From an uncultured Gemmatimonadales bacterium (GTDB lineage: Bacteria; Gemmatimonadota; Gemmatimonadetes; Gemmatimonadales; GWC2-71-9): DNA of 64,000 nucleotides. Within the stretch, counting starts at the first letter, position 1. The number at the start of each line of letters is the position of its first letter. The notes beneath the pieces are model-generated. The model searched no databases. It was not told the origin of the DNA and was given only the letters and a program-made list of their open reading frames with translations. A program made the position numbers and the translations under genes. Shown in pieces: positions 1 through 10,289 of this stretch. The stretch is taken from the NCBI GenBank assembly GCA_963728915.1, contig CAVSLV010000001.1, positions 1,408,001-1,472,000 of the forward strand, written 5' to 3'.

Positions 1-1845
1 GGTCCCGGTGAACGCCTCGGCGAGGTGCTCCGGGTGATCCAGGATGTCGGGGTGCTGCACCTCACGCCTCAAGGCCCGGCAGGTGCCCCGGCCGCCGCTC
101 CCGGCCCCGCGGCGCTGGCCCGACGCAAGCACCAGCTCGAGCAGGCTGCGGCGGATGCCGACGCAGCCATTGCGTTCCTGGGCGTGCGCGGGACGCGCGC
201 GGTGGGACGAGGCGACTCGCTGCCCTTCCTGGTTCGGAGAGTTCGGGAGATCCGGCGCGCGGCCGAGCGCCTGGTGGCGCAGCGCAATACGCTGGAAGAG
301 GAACGGGCTCTGCTCCGGCGCTATCGAGAGCTCTTCGATGCGCTGGAAAGCCTGCTCCCGGCTCGGGCCCTGGTGCCGGAGGCCAGCGCCTACCAGATCG
401 TTCTACGGCGGGAGCAGGCCGGCACGCTCCCCGCCCTCCGGCGCGCGATCCGGGAATTGGTGGGCGAAGGCTTCGAGCTGCATCCCCGGACGCTCCCCTC
501 TGGAGAGACGGCGATCCTGCTCCTGATTCCCAAGGCGGGATCGGAGAAGGTCGAGGGACTCCTCAAGGAATCACGGGTTCAGGAAGTCCCGGTCCCCCAC
601 GGATACGGCGACACCCTGGAGGAGGCGCTGCCCCGGATCCGGGCTCGAAACGACGCGATTCCGGAAGAGCTGGATCGCATCGCTCAGAAACTTGCGGAAA
701 CCGGGAATGAGTACCGGGACCTGCTGCTCCACGGGAGCGCGGTCTTCCACGATGAGCTGGCCCGACTTACGGCGCTGCCGCTCCTCTGCACGACCACCCA
801 CGCGTTCGTGCTGGAAGGCTGGACACCGGAAGCGGCCGAGCCCAGGCTCGCCGTGGCGCTCGAGGGCGGGTTCGCGGGACAGGTGGTCATCGAGCGGGTG
901 CAACGGGAGGAATGGCGGGGAGAAGACGCCCCCGTGGTGCTCGCGAATCCCCGGCTGTTCCGTCCGTTCGAGCTGATCACCCGCACCCTGCCCCTTCCTC
1001 GCTACGGGAGCCTCGATCCCACCCCGTTCGTGGCGGTGTTCTTTCCGATGCTCTTCGGCCTCATGCTGGGAGACGCCGGCTACGGCGCCGCGGCCGCGCT
1101 GCTGGCCCTGGTGCTCCATCGCCGCTCCCTCCCCGGCACGGTGCTGCGCTCCATTGCGGAGATGCTGGGCGCTTGCGCTCTCTTCGCGATCCTGTTCGGC
1201 CTCGCCTTCGGGGAGATCTTCGGCGATCTGGGCCGGCGATGGTTCGGCCTGGGGCCGCTGCTCTTCGACCGCGAAGCCGCTCTGGTGCCGTTTCTGGGTC
1301 TGGCGATCGCGCTCGGCATCGTGCACATCGTCGTCGGTCTCGCTGCCGGTGCGATCAGCCGGCGGCGCACCGAGCCGCGCAAAGCCGCCGGCAAGGGGCT
1401 CTCGGCGATCATGATCTTGCTGATCGTGGTCGCGCTCCTCGGGGCAGTGCGCATCCTGCCCCGCGGGTTCGTAACCCCCGCCGTGGTCGCCATCCTCGTC
1501 GCGTTTCCCCTGCTGATCTTCCTGGAGGGGATCGTGGCCCCGGTCGAGCTCATGTCCGATCTGGGCCACATCCTCTCCTACGCCCGTATCATGGCCCTCG
1601 GCACCGCCTCGGTGATGCTCGCCCTGGTGGCCAACCAGCTCGCCGGCGCGATGGGTGGAGTGGTGGTCGGTGTGCTGTTCGGATTGCTTTTCCATCTGGT
1701 GAATTTCGCGCTGGGGCTGTTCAGCCCCGCGATCCACGCGTTGCGCCTCCACTACGTGGAGTTCTTCGGAACCTTCTACAGCCCCGGTGGGGTGCGGTAT
1801 GAACCGCTCGCCCGCTGGGCACCGACCGCGGGGAAGCCCGCCTGA
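1..1845 (+). CDS. ntpI: V/A-type ATP synthase subunit I (a), 5' partial
   Basis: Frame is open from position 1. Motifs PLPRYGSLDPTP, FGLMLGDAGYG, LSYARIMALG and LRLHYVEFF; hydrophobic C-terminal half; first gene of the ATPase operon. Confidence 0.95.
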   Translation, partial: GPGERLGEVLRVIQDVGVLHLTPQGPAGAPAAAPGPAALARRKHQLEQAAADADAAIAFLGVRGTRAVGRGDSLPFLVRRVREIRRAAERLVAQRNTLEEERALLRRYRELFDALESLLPARALVPEASAYQIVLRREQAGTLPALRRAIRELVGEGFELHPRTLPSGETAILLLIPKAGSEKVEGLLKESRVQEVPVPHGYGDTLEEALPRIRARNDAIPEELDRIAQKLAETGNEYRDLLLHGSAVFHDELARLTALPLLCTTTHAFVLEGWTPEAAEPRLAVALEGGFAGQVVIERVQREEWRGEDAPVVLANPRLFRPFELITRTLPLPRYGSLDPTPFVAVFFPMLFGLMLGDAGYGAAAALLALVLHRRSLPGTVLRSIAEMLGACALFAILFGLAFGEIFGDLGRRWFGLGPLLFDREAALVPFLGLAIALGIVHIVVGLAAGAISRRRTEPRKAAGKGLSAIMILLIVVALLGAVRILPRGFVTPAVVAILVAFPLLIFLEGIVAPVELMSDLGHILSYARIMALGTASVMLALVANQLAGAMGGVVVGVLFGLLFHLVNFALGLFSPAIHALRLHYVEFFGTFYSPGGVRYEPLARWAPTAGKPA

Positions 1846-1861
1846 CCTCTAGGAGCACGGC

Positions 1862-2080
1862 ATGACCATCCTCTGGATTCCACTCAGCGCCGCGCTGGCC
1901 ATCGGGCTCGCCGCGCTGGCCACTTCCTGGGCCCAGTCCAAGCTGGGACCCGCCCTCGCGGCGAGCCTCGCGGAGAAGCCGGAGCTCGCCACGACCGCGG
2001 TCATTCTGATGGCCATCCCGGAAACGGTGGTCATTCTCGGTTTCGTGATCGCGGTCACGATCCTGCTCCGGGGAGGCTGA
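1862..2080 (+). CDS. ntpK: V/A-type ATP synthase subunit K (c, single-hairpin proteolipid)
   Basis: 72 aa two-TM hairpin with AEKPE loop and ion-binding IPET; AGGAG RBS. Confidence 0.95.
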   Translation: MTILWIPLSAALAIGLAALATSWAQSKLGPALAASLAEKPELATTAVILMAIPETVVILGFVIAVTILLRGG

Positions 2081-2087
2081 CCTCTCC

Positions 2088-2669
2088 GTGCCGCTCGATC
2101 AACTCCTAACCCGGATGCGACAGGAGAACGCCGAGCAGATTGCCGCCGTTCTCGCCGAGGCGAACGCCGACGCCGACCGCACCCGGGAAGCCGGGGAAAC
2201 CGCGCGCCTCTGGGAGCGCTCTCGCCGGACCGCTGAGCTGGAAGAGCGGCTCCGGATCGAGCTGGCCGCGAGGATCGAAGCGTTGCAGCGGGAGGGGTTC
2301 CACCTCCTGCTCTCGGCCCGGCAGCGTGCGGTCGAACGGGTCCTGGATCGGGTGCGGCAGCTCATGCCCGAGCTGGAACGCGATCCGGCATTCCTGGGCC
2401 GTATGGAAGCGGAGCTCCGCGACGCGTTCACCATCCTGAATGGCCGCAGCACGAAGCTCTGCCTTTCCCCGGCCTTTCATGAGTATCTCGCAGACCGGAT
2501 CCCGCCCGGCGTGGAGGTCCGCTCCGAGCCCGGAGCATCGGGCTTTCGTCTTGCCGGGGAGAACGGTCGGGTGGAGATCATCGGGACGGCGTCGGAGCGA
2601 GTCGAGCGGGCGACCCCGGTCCTCCGGATCGCGGCGCTCCGGGCTCTGGAAAGTGCCGGTTCCCCGTGA
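2088..2669 (+). CDS. ntpE: V/A-type ATP synthase subunit E
   Basis: N-terminal coiled coil, size and operon position. Confidence 0.8.
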   Translation: MPLDQLLTRMRQENAEQIAAVLAEANADADRTREAGETARLWERSRRTAELEERLRIELAARIEALQREGFHLLLSARQRAVERVLDRVRQLMPELERDPAFLGRMEAELRDAFTILNGRSTKLCLSPAFHEYLADRIPPGVEVRSEPGASGFRLAGENGRVEIIGTASERVERATPVLRIAALRALESAGSP

Positions 2670-3673
2670 GCTGGGAAGACCTTTCCGCGCGGGCGAAAGG
2701 ACTCGGCACCCACCTGGTGCCCGATCCGGTCCTCGAAGAGCTCTCGAGGGCGTCGGACCTGGCGGCGCTGGCGGCGCGTCTCGCAGACCTTGGATTCCCG
2801 GTCGCGCCCGAGGGGAATATCACGGCAGGCGAGCTCGAGTTGGCGGCCCGGCGGGAAGCGGCGCGGCGACTCCGGATCCTGGGGCGATGGCTGGGGGACC
2901 GGGCCGCCACCCTCGCGGTTTTCTTCGACGATGAGGATCACCGGAGCATCCGGGCCCTGATCCGGGGAGCCATGGCGGGAACGCCCCGCGAGGCGAGGTT
3001 GAGCGGGTTAATCCCCACTCCCACATTGCCGGAGCGCGCCCTGGAGGAGCTGGCCGGCCAGGCGACCCCGGCCGAAATCGCCGCGCACCTCCTGGTGTGG
3101 GACCATCCCTTCGGGGGCCCGCTGCTCCCGGTCAGCGGCGGAGAACCGCCGGAGCTGGCCCGGATGGAGCTGGCCCTGTACCACGCCTTCGGGGAACGGG
3201 CCCGAGCCGGGGCACGCCGGGGCGGACGGGTGCTCCGGGAATTTGTCGCGGAAACCATCGATCTCCTCAACCTCGAGGCCGGCTTGCTGCTGGCGGGAGG
3301 CGGCCAGGAGATCCCAATAGACGATGGATTCCTGGGAGGAGGCCGGGTCCTGACCCGGGAGGCGTTCGGTCGCGCCGCCGGCAGCGCGGATCGCGGGGTC
3401 GCCTGGCGGGTTATGGGAGGGCTGTTCCGGGCGACGGCGCTGGGAGCGGTGTTCCGAGCCTCCGAACCACCCGTGCGATTCGAAGGCGCCCTGCTCCGGT
3501 TGCGGATCGGCGCTTGGCACCGCAAGGGCCGTCTCGCGCCTCAGAGCGGCGCCGGAGTCATCGAATACCTGCTCCGGCTTCGGCTTCAGGTGCTGGCGAT
3601 TCGGGAGGTCCTCTGGGGAGTCGAGCTGGGCGTGCCACTTGATCTGCGAGCCGCGGTTGGGCCGAGTCGCTGA
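2666..3673 (+). CDS. ntpC: V/A-type ATP synthase subunit C (d)
   Basis: 335 aa, N-terminal LSARAKGL motif, IDLLNL; position between E and F. Confidence 0.85.
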   Translation: MSWEDLSARAKGLGTHLVPDPVLEELSRASDLAALAARLADLGFPVAPEGNITAGELELAARREAARRLRILGRWLGDRAATLAVFFDDEDHRSIRALIRGAMAGTPREARLSGLIPTPTLPERALEELAGQATPAEIAAHLLVWDHPFGGPLLPVSGGEPPELARMELALYHAFGERARAGARRGGRVLREFVAETIDLLNLEAGLLLAGGGQEIPIDDGFLGGGRVLTREAFGRAAGSADRGVAWRVMGGLFRATALGAVFRASEPPVRFEGALLRLRIGAWHRKGRLAPQSGAGVIEYLLRLRLQVLAIREVLWGVELGVPLDLRAAVGPSR

Positions 3674-3674
3674 G

Positions 3675-4001
3675 ATGAGCTTGCGAGTTCAGGTCCTCTG
3701 CGCTCCCGCGGTGGCGGCCGGGTTCCGTCTCGCCGGGTTCACGCCGATCGAGGTCACCGATCCGGCCGGCGGAATGCCGGAGGTTCGAGCCGCGCTCCGC
3801 CGTCCGGACCTGGGTGTGCTGCTGGTGGAAGCGCCGATCTATGAGGCGCTGGGTGAGGTCGACCGCCGGGCGATCAGCCGGCATCCGCTCCCGATGGTGG
3901 TTCCCTTCCCCGGCCCGAGCTGGGCCGAGGCGGTTCCACCCGAAGAGTTCATCGCCGATCTGCTGCGCCAGGCGATCGGGTATCGAGTGCGGCTGGCATG
4001 A
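3675..4001 (+). CDS. ntpF: V/A-type ATP synthase subunit F
   Basis: GFRLAG motif and C-terminal LRQAIGY; ATG at 3675 directly after the ntpC stop. Confidence 0.9.
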   Translation: MSLRVQVLCAPAVAAGFRLAGFTPIEVTDPAGGMPEVRAALRRPDLGVLLVEAPIYEALGEVDRRAISRHPLPMVVPFPGPSWAEAVPPEEFIADLLRQAIGYRVRLA

Positions 4002-5746
4002 CGACTCCCCGCATCATCCGGATCAGCGGCGCCCTGGCCGAGGCTTCTCCCATGCAGGACGCCGGTCTCTACCAGCTCGCGGCGGTGGGAGAGCGGCACC
4101 TGCTTGGCGAGATCGTCCGGGTCGAGGGAGACCGGGCAACCCTGCAGGTCTATGAGGACACGATCGGCCTCGCGACCGGCGAGGCGGTGGTCCCCACCGG
4201 CAGCGCCCTGACGGCTTCGCTGGGGCCCGGGCTGCTGGGATCCATTCTCGATGGCCTGGGGCGACCGCTCAACCGGATCGCCGAGCGGCATGGACCATTC
4301 ATCGGTCCAGGTACTCAGGCACCGACACTGGATCCGGCCGCCACCTGGAATTTCCGCGCCTCCATGAAGCCGGGCGATGCGGTTCAGGGGGGAGACATCC
4401 TCGGGACGGTGCTCGAGCGCGGCCGCACCGAGCACCGGATCATGGTACCGCCCGGTGTTGCGGGTCTCATCGAGACGATCGAATCGGGCAACTACTCGGT
4501 GGCCGATCCGGTCGGCCGGCTCAAGGACGGAACGCCGCTCGGACTTTCCCATGCATGGCCGGTCCGGATGCCAAGACCCATTGGGGAGAGGCTCCGGGAT
4601 AGCCAGCCCTTTGTGACGGGACAACGAGTGCTGGACTTTCTCTTTCCGGCTGCCCAAGGAGCAACCGTGGCGATCCCCGGAGGGTTCGGGACCGGAAAGA
4701 CCATCATCGAGCACTCTCTCGCCAAGTATGCCGAAGCCGACATCGTCGTGTACGTCGGCTGCGGAGAGCGGGGAAACGAGATGGCCGAGGTGCTCCACGA
4801 CTTCCCGGCGCTCATCGACGGAAGGACCGGCCGCTCCATCATGGATCGCACCGTCATGGTGGTGAATACCTCCAACATGCCGGTGGCCGCTCGCGAAGCC
4901 TCGGTGTACCTGGGAGTCACGATCGCCGAGTACTACCGGGACATGGGATATCATGTGGCGCTGCTGGTGGACAGCCTGTCCCGCTGGGCGGAGGCGTTGC
5001 GCGAGCTGGGAGGCCGGCTCGCGGAAATGCCCGGTGAGGAAGGCTACCCCACCTACCTCGCGAGCCGGATGGGGCAGTTCTACGAGCGGGCGGGCCGGGT
5101 CAGGGCACTGGGGAACACCGAACGGGAAGGCTCCGTCACCATCATTGCGGCGGTATCTCCTCCCGGGGGCGATCTCTCCGAGCCGGTCACCCAGGCGACC
5201 CTGCGGGTGGCCGGGACCCTCTGGGCGCTCGATGCCACGCTGGCGCATCAGCGCCAGTTCCCCGCGGTGGACTGGGGCACCAGCTACTCGCTGCATGCCG
5301 GCGATCTGATCCCCCGGCTCGCGGAAGCAACCGGCCCGGACTGGGGCTCTTTGCGCAGCGAGGCGATGAGCCTGCTGCAGCAGGGGCGCAATCTGCGGGA
5401 GATCGCCGGGTTGGTGGGACCGGAGGCGCTACAGGATCAGGATCGCCTGGTGCTGGAGATCGCCCGGACACTGCAGGAGGTTCTGCTCGGCCAGAGCGCC
5501 TTCGATCCCCACGACGCCCGCTCTCCGCTTCTCAAGACCTATCGAGTGGCCAGCCTGGTCCTGGCGGCCTTCCGGGCGGGATGCGCCGCGCTGGGCCGGG
5601 GTGCGCGGTTCGATCAGGTGGACCTGGCCGGCGTCCGTCGCGGGTTAGGGGAGCTCCTCCGCGTCGCTCCGGAGGAGTTCGATGCCTCGGCGGGACGGCT
5701 CGAGAAACAGATCGGACGGCTGGCAGGCGCGGAGCCCGGGGCATGA
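3998..5746 (+). CDS. ntpA: V/A-type ATP synthase catalytic subunit A
   Basis: Walker A PGGFGTGKT, GCGERGNEM, NTSNMPVAARE, EMPGEEGYP. Confidence 0.97.
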   Translation: MTTPRIIRISGALAEASPMQDAGLYQLAAVGERHLLGEIVRVEGDRATLQVYEDTIGLATGEAVVPTGSALTASLGPGLLGSILDGLGRPLNRIAERHGPFIGPGTQAPTLDPAATWNFRASMKPGDAVQGGDILGTVLERGRTEHRIMVPPGVAGLIETIESGNYSVADPVGRLKDGTPLGLSHAWPVRMPRPIGERLRDSQPFVTGQRVLDFLFPAAQGATVAIPGGFGTGKTIIEHSLAKYAEADIVVYVGCGERGNEMAEVLHDFPALIDGRTGRSIMDRTVMVVNTSNMPVAAREASVYLGVTIAEYYRDMGYHVALLVDSLSRWAEALRELGGRLAEMPGEEGYPTYLASRMGQFYERAGRVRALGNTEREGSVTIIAAVSPPGGDLSEPVTQATLRVAGTLWALDATLAHQRQFPAVDWGTSYSLHAGDLIPRLAEATGPDWGSLRSEAMSLLQQGRNLREIAGLVGPEALQDQDRLVLEIARTLQEVLLGQSAFDPHDARSPLLKTYRVASLVLAAFRAGCAALGRGARFDQVDLAGVRRGLGELLRVAPEEFDASAGRLEKQIGRLAGAEPGA

Positions 5747-7139
5747 TTTCGCTCACCCGGCAATACCGAGCCGCCGAGGCAGCGGCCGGCCCGCTGGTCT
5801 TCCTTACGGGGGCCCACCGGGTGGCCCTGGGCGAATGGGTGACGCTGGACACCATCGGACTCCCGAGCCGGCGGGGACAGGTCATCGAGGCCGGGGATGA
5901 CCTGACTGTCATCCAGGTCCTCGACGAAACGCTGGGCCTCGCGCCGCGGGGCCACCCGGGTGACACTCACCGGCAGTATCGCGATGGCGACGGTCGGCCG
6001 CGAGCTGCTGGGCCGGACCTGCGACGGGCTGGGGCGGCCGCTCGACGGCCTCCCCGAGCCGATCGGGGAGGACCGGGTGGCGATCGCCGGTGCCCCGATG
6101 AATCCCGCCGTCCGGGCCAAACCGAGCGACTTCATCGAAACCGGCATTTCGGCGATTGACGGGCTGAATACCCTGGTGCGAGGCCAGAAACTGCCGGTGT
6201 TCTCCGGGCCGGGCCTTCCCGGGCTCGAGCTTGCGGCGCAAATCGTCGCAGGAGCGCGCCCTCCCCGAGGAGAACCGTTCGCGGTGATCTTCGTCGGGAT
6301 GGGCATCACGGCGCGGGAACGCCAGGAATTCGTGGAGCGAATTCGCGAGGCGGGAGCCCTTCCCCGCACCGTGCTGTACCTCAACGAAACCCGGGATCCC
6401 GGCATCGAGCGGCTGTTCGCCCCACGTATGGCGCTGGCCGAGGCGGAGTTCCTGGCATTCGAGGCAGGGTTCCACGTGCTCGTGGTGATGGCGGACCTCA
6501 CCAACTACTGCGAGACCCTTCGGGAGCTCGCGACCGCCCGGCAGGAGATTCCCGGGTCGGCGGGGGTATCCCGGCTACCTATATACGGACCTCGCCTCCC
6601 TGCTCGAGCGGGCCGGGGTCCTGGAAGGAAAGCCGGGCTCGGTGACCCAGGTGCCGATCCTCACCATGCCGGATGACGACATCACCCATCCGATTCCCGA
6701 CCTCACCGGGTACATCACCGAAGGACAGATCGTCCTGAATCGCGACCTCTTCCGGCAGGGCATCACCCCGCCGATCGACGTCCTGCCTTCGCTCTCCCGT
6801 CTCATGAATGCCGGGATCGGTCCCCAGCGGACCGTGCCGGAACACCGGGCCTGGGCCAACCAGCTGTATGCGAGCTACGCCCGGGGTCGTGAGACCCGCC
6901 TCATGGCGGCGATCGTGGGGGAGGCCGGCCTGGGTGAGTCGGACCGCCGGGCGCTTCACTTTGCCGCGCGGTTCGAGCAGGAGTTTCTCCATCAGAGCGA
7001 GCGTCGCTCCCTCGAACAGACGCTCGAAGCGGGGTGGCTGCTGCTGGACGAGCTGCCGCCGGGCGACCTGGTGAGACTGCCGGACCAGGTGGTGCGAGAA
7101 CGACGCGCGGCTCTGGCCGCCCGGGAGCAGGTCCGGTGA
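5743..7139 (+). CDS. ntpB: V/A-type ATP synthase subunit B (two apparent frameshifts, ~5950 and ~6555)
   Basis: Pieces in three frames: MISLTRQY..., [58 protein letters not shown]. Confidence 0.92.
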
Positions 7140-7780
7140 ACGGCCGGCACGGCGGGATCCGCCACCCGACAGAACCTGCTGGCGCGGAGCGCCAGCTCGA
7201 GCAGATCGGCCGAGGCATGGACTTGTTGCGCCGAAAACGAGAGGCGCTGGTACGGGAGCTCTTCAGGCTGGCTCGCCCGGCGGCGCTGCATCGCCGGACC
7301 ATCGCGGAGCGGGCCGCGAGCAGCCTGGCCCCTGCTCCTCGATGGGCTGGCTTCGGAGGGCTATGCCGGGACTTCGGGCGCTGGGCTGGCCGCCCCGAAC
7401 GGTGGAGGCGGAGATGCGATCGGGACAGGTCTGGGGTATCCCGATCGCGGAAATCTTGCGGCGCACCCCGATCCCTCGTACTCTCGCCGCCAGAGGCACG
7501 CCACCCGGGTCCGGCTCGATGAGCGCCATCCAGGCCGCCGGAGCGTTTGAAGCACTCACCGACGCCCTGCTCGAGGCCGCCGGACGGGAGGCGCTGCTCC
7601 GCAGGCTGGGCGAGGCGCTGGCGCAGACGTCCCGCCAGGTGAATACTCTAGAGCAGCAGCTGGCCCCCCGGTTGGAGAGCGAGATCGCCGGGATCCGGCG
7701 GAAGCTGGATGAGCGCGAGCGAGAGGACAAGGTGCGGCTGATCCACCGACGGATCCGAGATCAAACCCGATACCCGATAA
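7136..7780 (+). CDS. ntpD: V/A-type ATP synthase subunit D (frameshifted; end approximate)
   Basis: [19 protein letters not shown] and TSRQVNTLE...LDERERE motifs split over frames. As assembled it reads through into the next gene. Confidence 0.85.
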
Positions 7781-7791
7781 GCGAGGATCCC

Positions 7792-8382
7792 ATGGCGTTC
7801 CGCAAAGGCATCTACATCGTCCCCACTCATCGCTGGTACATCGAGCGGACCGTCTGGCTGGTCGCAGGAGTTGTTCTCCTCACCGGCACCCTGCTGGCGC
7901 TGCTGGTGCATCCCCTGTGGGTGCTGCTGGTGATCGCGACGGGGATCGCCTCGATCACGGTGGCACTCACGGGGTTCTGCGTGGTGGGGAATACCCTGCG
8001 GCTGTTCGGTTTCACCCCGCTGCTGGGCGACCAGGCGCGGACTCGGCGCGGCTTCTACTTCATGCAGACCGATCGCTGGTACCTGGAGCGGCGGATCTAC
8101 CTCGCGGTAGGGATCAACATCTCGATCGCATCGGTCCTGTCCCTGGTCTGGACCCCGTGGTGGCTGAGCTTCACGGCGTTCGTGGGCGGCGCGATGGTCT
8201 GGTTTGCGGCGACCGGCTACTGCATCATGGCCAATGGCCTCTACTGGCTCGGCGCGGAGCCGCGTTTGACGAAGGCCGCGAACAGCGAAGCGGCGGGTAA
8301 AGGGAGTTTGGGGGTTCCTTCAGGATCGCTTCATCCGGTCGCACCGATCTTGGTCTCGGGAGAAGGCCAAGTTTCCACCTGA
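7792..8382 (+). CDS. Tandem DUF2892 (YgaP-like) membrane protein
   Basis: Own GAGG RBS and ATG at 7792; internal duplication RWYIERTV...TGFC / RWYLERRI...TGYC. Confidence 0.8.
   Translation: MAFRKGIYIVPTHRWYIERTVWLVAGVVLLTGTLLALLVHPLWVLLVIATGIASITVALTGFCVVGNTLRLFGFTPLLGDQARTRRGFYFMQTDRWYLERRIYLAVGINISIASVLSLVWTPWWLSFTAFVGGAMVWFAATGYCIMANGLYWLGAEPRLTKAANSEAAGKGSLGVPSGSLHPVAPILVSGEGQVST
8318..8333 (+). promoter_or_regulatory. Candidate response-regulator site, CTTCA-N6-CTTCA
   Basis: 11-bp-spaced direct repeat about 65 bp upstream of the CBS gene; the same motif recurs at 17468, 20879 and 24754. Confidence 0.4.
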
Positions 8383-8398
8383 AGCCGGCGGGTGCGCC

Positions 8399-8803
8399 AT
8401 GACCAGAGTCGTCGATGTAATGACCCGGAAGGTGGTTTCGATTCGCGCAGATGCGACCTTTCGTGAGGCCCTGACCGCGCTCGCAAGCGAGCATATCACT
8501 GGCGCCGCGGTCATCGATGGGCACGGGCGCCTGATTGGCGCGATCAGCCGATCCGACATACTCGAGGCCGAAGCGGAATCCGAGGACTCGGAAGCCTGGG
8601 CCAGGCGCCTCGACACAACCATCATCCGTGAAGTGATGGCAAGCCCGGTGCTCACGATTGGCCCGGAGGCCAATCTCAAGGAGGCCGCGCTCGCCATGGA
8701 GTACGGCGACGTGCACCGGCTGTTCGTGGTCGAGAAGGAAGACCTCGTGGGTGTCGTGTCGAGGAGTGATGTGAGCCGGGCGATGGCGACCGGGCGGGCC
8801 TGA
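8399..8803 (+). CDS. CBS domain pair protein
   Basis: VVDVMT...GAAVID...GAISRSD and VMASP...HRLFVV...GVVSRSD. Confidence 0.92.
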   Translation: MTRVVDVMTRKVVSIRADATFREALTALASEHITGAAVIDGHGRLIGAISRSDILEAEAESEDSEAWARRLDTTIIREVMASPVLTIGPEANLKEAALAMEYGDVHRLFVVEKEDLVGVVSRSDVSRAMATGRA

Positions 8804-8819
8804 AGAAGGATCCTGCCGG

Positions 8820-9365
8820 TCAGACGCGACCCTCCGCGACCGCGCGGGTGATGTCGGCCGTGGTGACGAGGCCGGACAATCGGCTGCCTCGGGTTACCAG
8901 GAGCCGGTGCACCTCATTCTCCTGCATCCGCCGGGCCGCCTCTTGCACTGAACCTTCAGGCTCGATGGTCCAGAGCCTCCGGCTCATCGCCTCCTCGACG
9001 GTGTGTTCGCCGAGGACATCCCATTCCGGACCGTCCGGGGAACGCGCCCGCTCGACCAGGTCCGCGCCGGCATCGGCCCAGAGCTGCTGGAAGTAAGCCC
9101 CCACGGCGACCTCTTCGCCTTTCACTTCACCCGGCGGCGGCTCCTCTTCCCACCCCTCCTCCTGTTCGTCCCGCGGGACCGGCGCCAGCGAGGCGAGAAA
9201 TGACGCGATATCGCTCAGGGTGATCACTCCCGCGACATTGCCCCCAGCCACCACGGGGGCGCCACTCAAGTGCTCGTGGGCGAGCAGCTCGATACAGTCG
9301 CGGAGCGAGAGGTCGGCGCTGACCACGACCAGCTCGGTGCTCATGATATCTTTGACGAGAGCCAT
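8820..9365 (-). CDS. CBS domain pair protein with acidic insert
   Basis: MALVKDIMS...GAPVV...GVITLSD and AMS...HRLLV...GLVTTAD; AAAGGAG RBS before the ATG at 9365. Confidence 0.9.
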   Translation of the reverse strand: MALVKDIMSTELVVVSADLSLRDCIELLAHEHLSGAPVVAGGNVAGVITLSDIASFLASLAPVPRDEQEEGWEEEPPPGEVKGEEVAVGAYFQQLWADAGADLVERARSPDGPEWDVLGEHTVEEAMSRRLWTIEPEGSVQEAARRMQENEVHRLLVTRGSRLSGLVTTADITRAVAEGRV

Positions 9366-9479
9366 GGGATCTCCTTTCCCACGGGGACGATATGGAGCGC
9401 TCCCACGAGACAATCTCGCTCGTTGTCGACGAACGGGAAGGCTGCGGTGGCGGAAAATCCGTCGGACAGGGAGGGAAGC

Positions 9480-9728
9480 ATGAACGAGCCGGTATCTGAA
9501 GAACAGCGCGTTTCCGGGGAAAACCTGGTCGGCCGGGTCAAGGAGCTGGTCCACCAGGGGAACATCCGGCGGATCATCGTGAAAAACGACGCCGGCCACA
9601 CGATTCTCGAAATTCCCCTGACGGTTGGCGTGGTTGGCGCGGTTCTGCTCCCGATTTGGGTCGCGCTCGGCTCGATCGCTGCGCTGGCCTCGCACTACAC
9701 CCTGGTGGTGGAGAAGCGTGAGGGCTGA
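9480..9728 (+). CDS. DUF4342 family protein
   Basis: VKELVHQGNIRRIIVK...LEIPLTVG signature followed by a hydrophobic tail; GGAGG RBS. Confidence 0.85.
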   Translation: MNEPVSEEQRVSGENLVGRVKELVHQGNIRRIIVKNDAGHTILEIPLTVGVVGAVLLPIWVALGSIAALASHYTLVVEKREG

Positions 9729-9733
9729 TTCCC

Positions 9734-10057
9734 CTACCCGAGGGCTCGGCGCCTCCGTTCCAGCTGCTGCCCCAGCCGGCCGCACACCAGGTCGCACAGC
9801 TTGAACACCGTGGGATCGGCGAGCTGATAGTAGACCGAGGTTCCCTCCCGGTGTCGAGCGACGTAGCCCCCGGCGTAGAGCACCTGCAAGTGCTTCGACA
9901 GATTGGCCTGGCCGATCCCGAGATCCTGCTGCAGCTCGCTTACCGAGCGCTCCCCCCGCCGAAGAGCGTTCAGGATCAGGAGCCGGGTCGTCTCGCCCAG
10001 GATCCGGAACCGTTCGGCCACCTGCTCGATGGCCGCCGGCGTGAGCCGTGGGCTCAT
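9734..10057 (-). CDS. ArsR/SmtB family transcriptional regulator
   Basis: FRILGETTRLLIL, QANLSKHL HTH, REGTSVYY wing, C-terminal CDLVC. Confidence 0.92.
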   Translation of the reverse strand: MSPRLTPAAIEQVAERFRILGETTRLLILNALRRGERSVSELQQDLGIGQANLSKHLQVLYAGGYVARHREGTSVYYQLADPTVFKLCDLVCGRLGQQLERRRRALG

Positions 10058-10260
10058 GGAGAGGACGGCTCGCAACCCAGAATCCGGAATCGCCGTAACA
10101 CGCGCTCCAGCGGGCAGAACAACGTGAAGCTCGACTGGACCAGGTTGACGCCCACGAAGGCGGTGAAGAGGAACCAGGCTGGATGAACCCACCACCCGAG
10201 CGCGAGGGATACCAGGACAAAGGTTCCGGCGAATCTCCGAATGATCATCTCACAGCGCAT
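10054..10260 (-). CDS. DUF2892 (YgaP-like) small membrane protein
   Basis: IRRFAG...FVGVNLVQSSFTLFCP pattern, two TM segments. Confidence 0.88.
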   Translation of the reverse strand: MRCEMIIRRFAGTFVLVSLALGWWVHPAWFLFTAFVGVNLVQSSFTLFCPLERVLRRFRILGCEPSSP

Positions 10261-10289
10261 GGGGCCCGCTCCTTTCGATGTCGTTCACT

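Noticed and set aside
8820..10220. 466-aa ORF as one long CBS protein
   Set aside because: Only the last 181 aa are CBS; the upstream part overlaps the real DUF4342, ArsR and DUF2892 genes.
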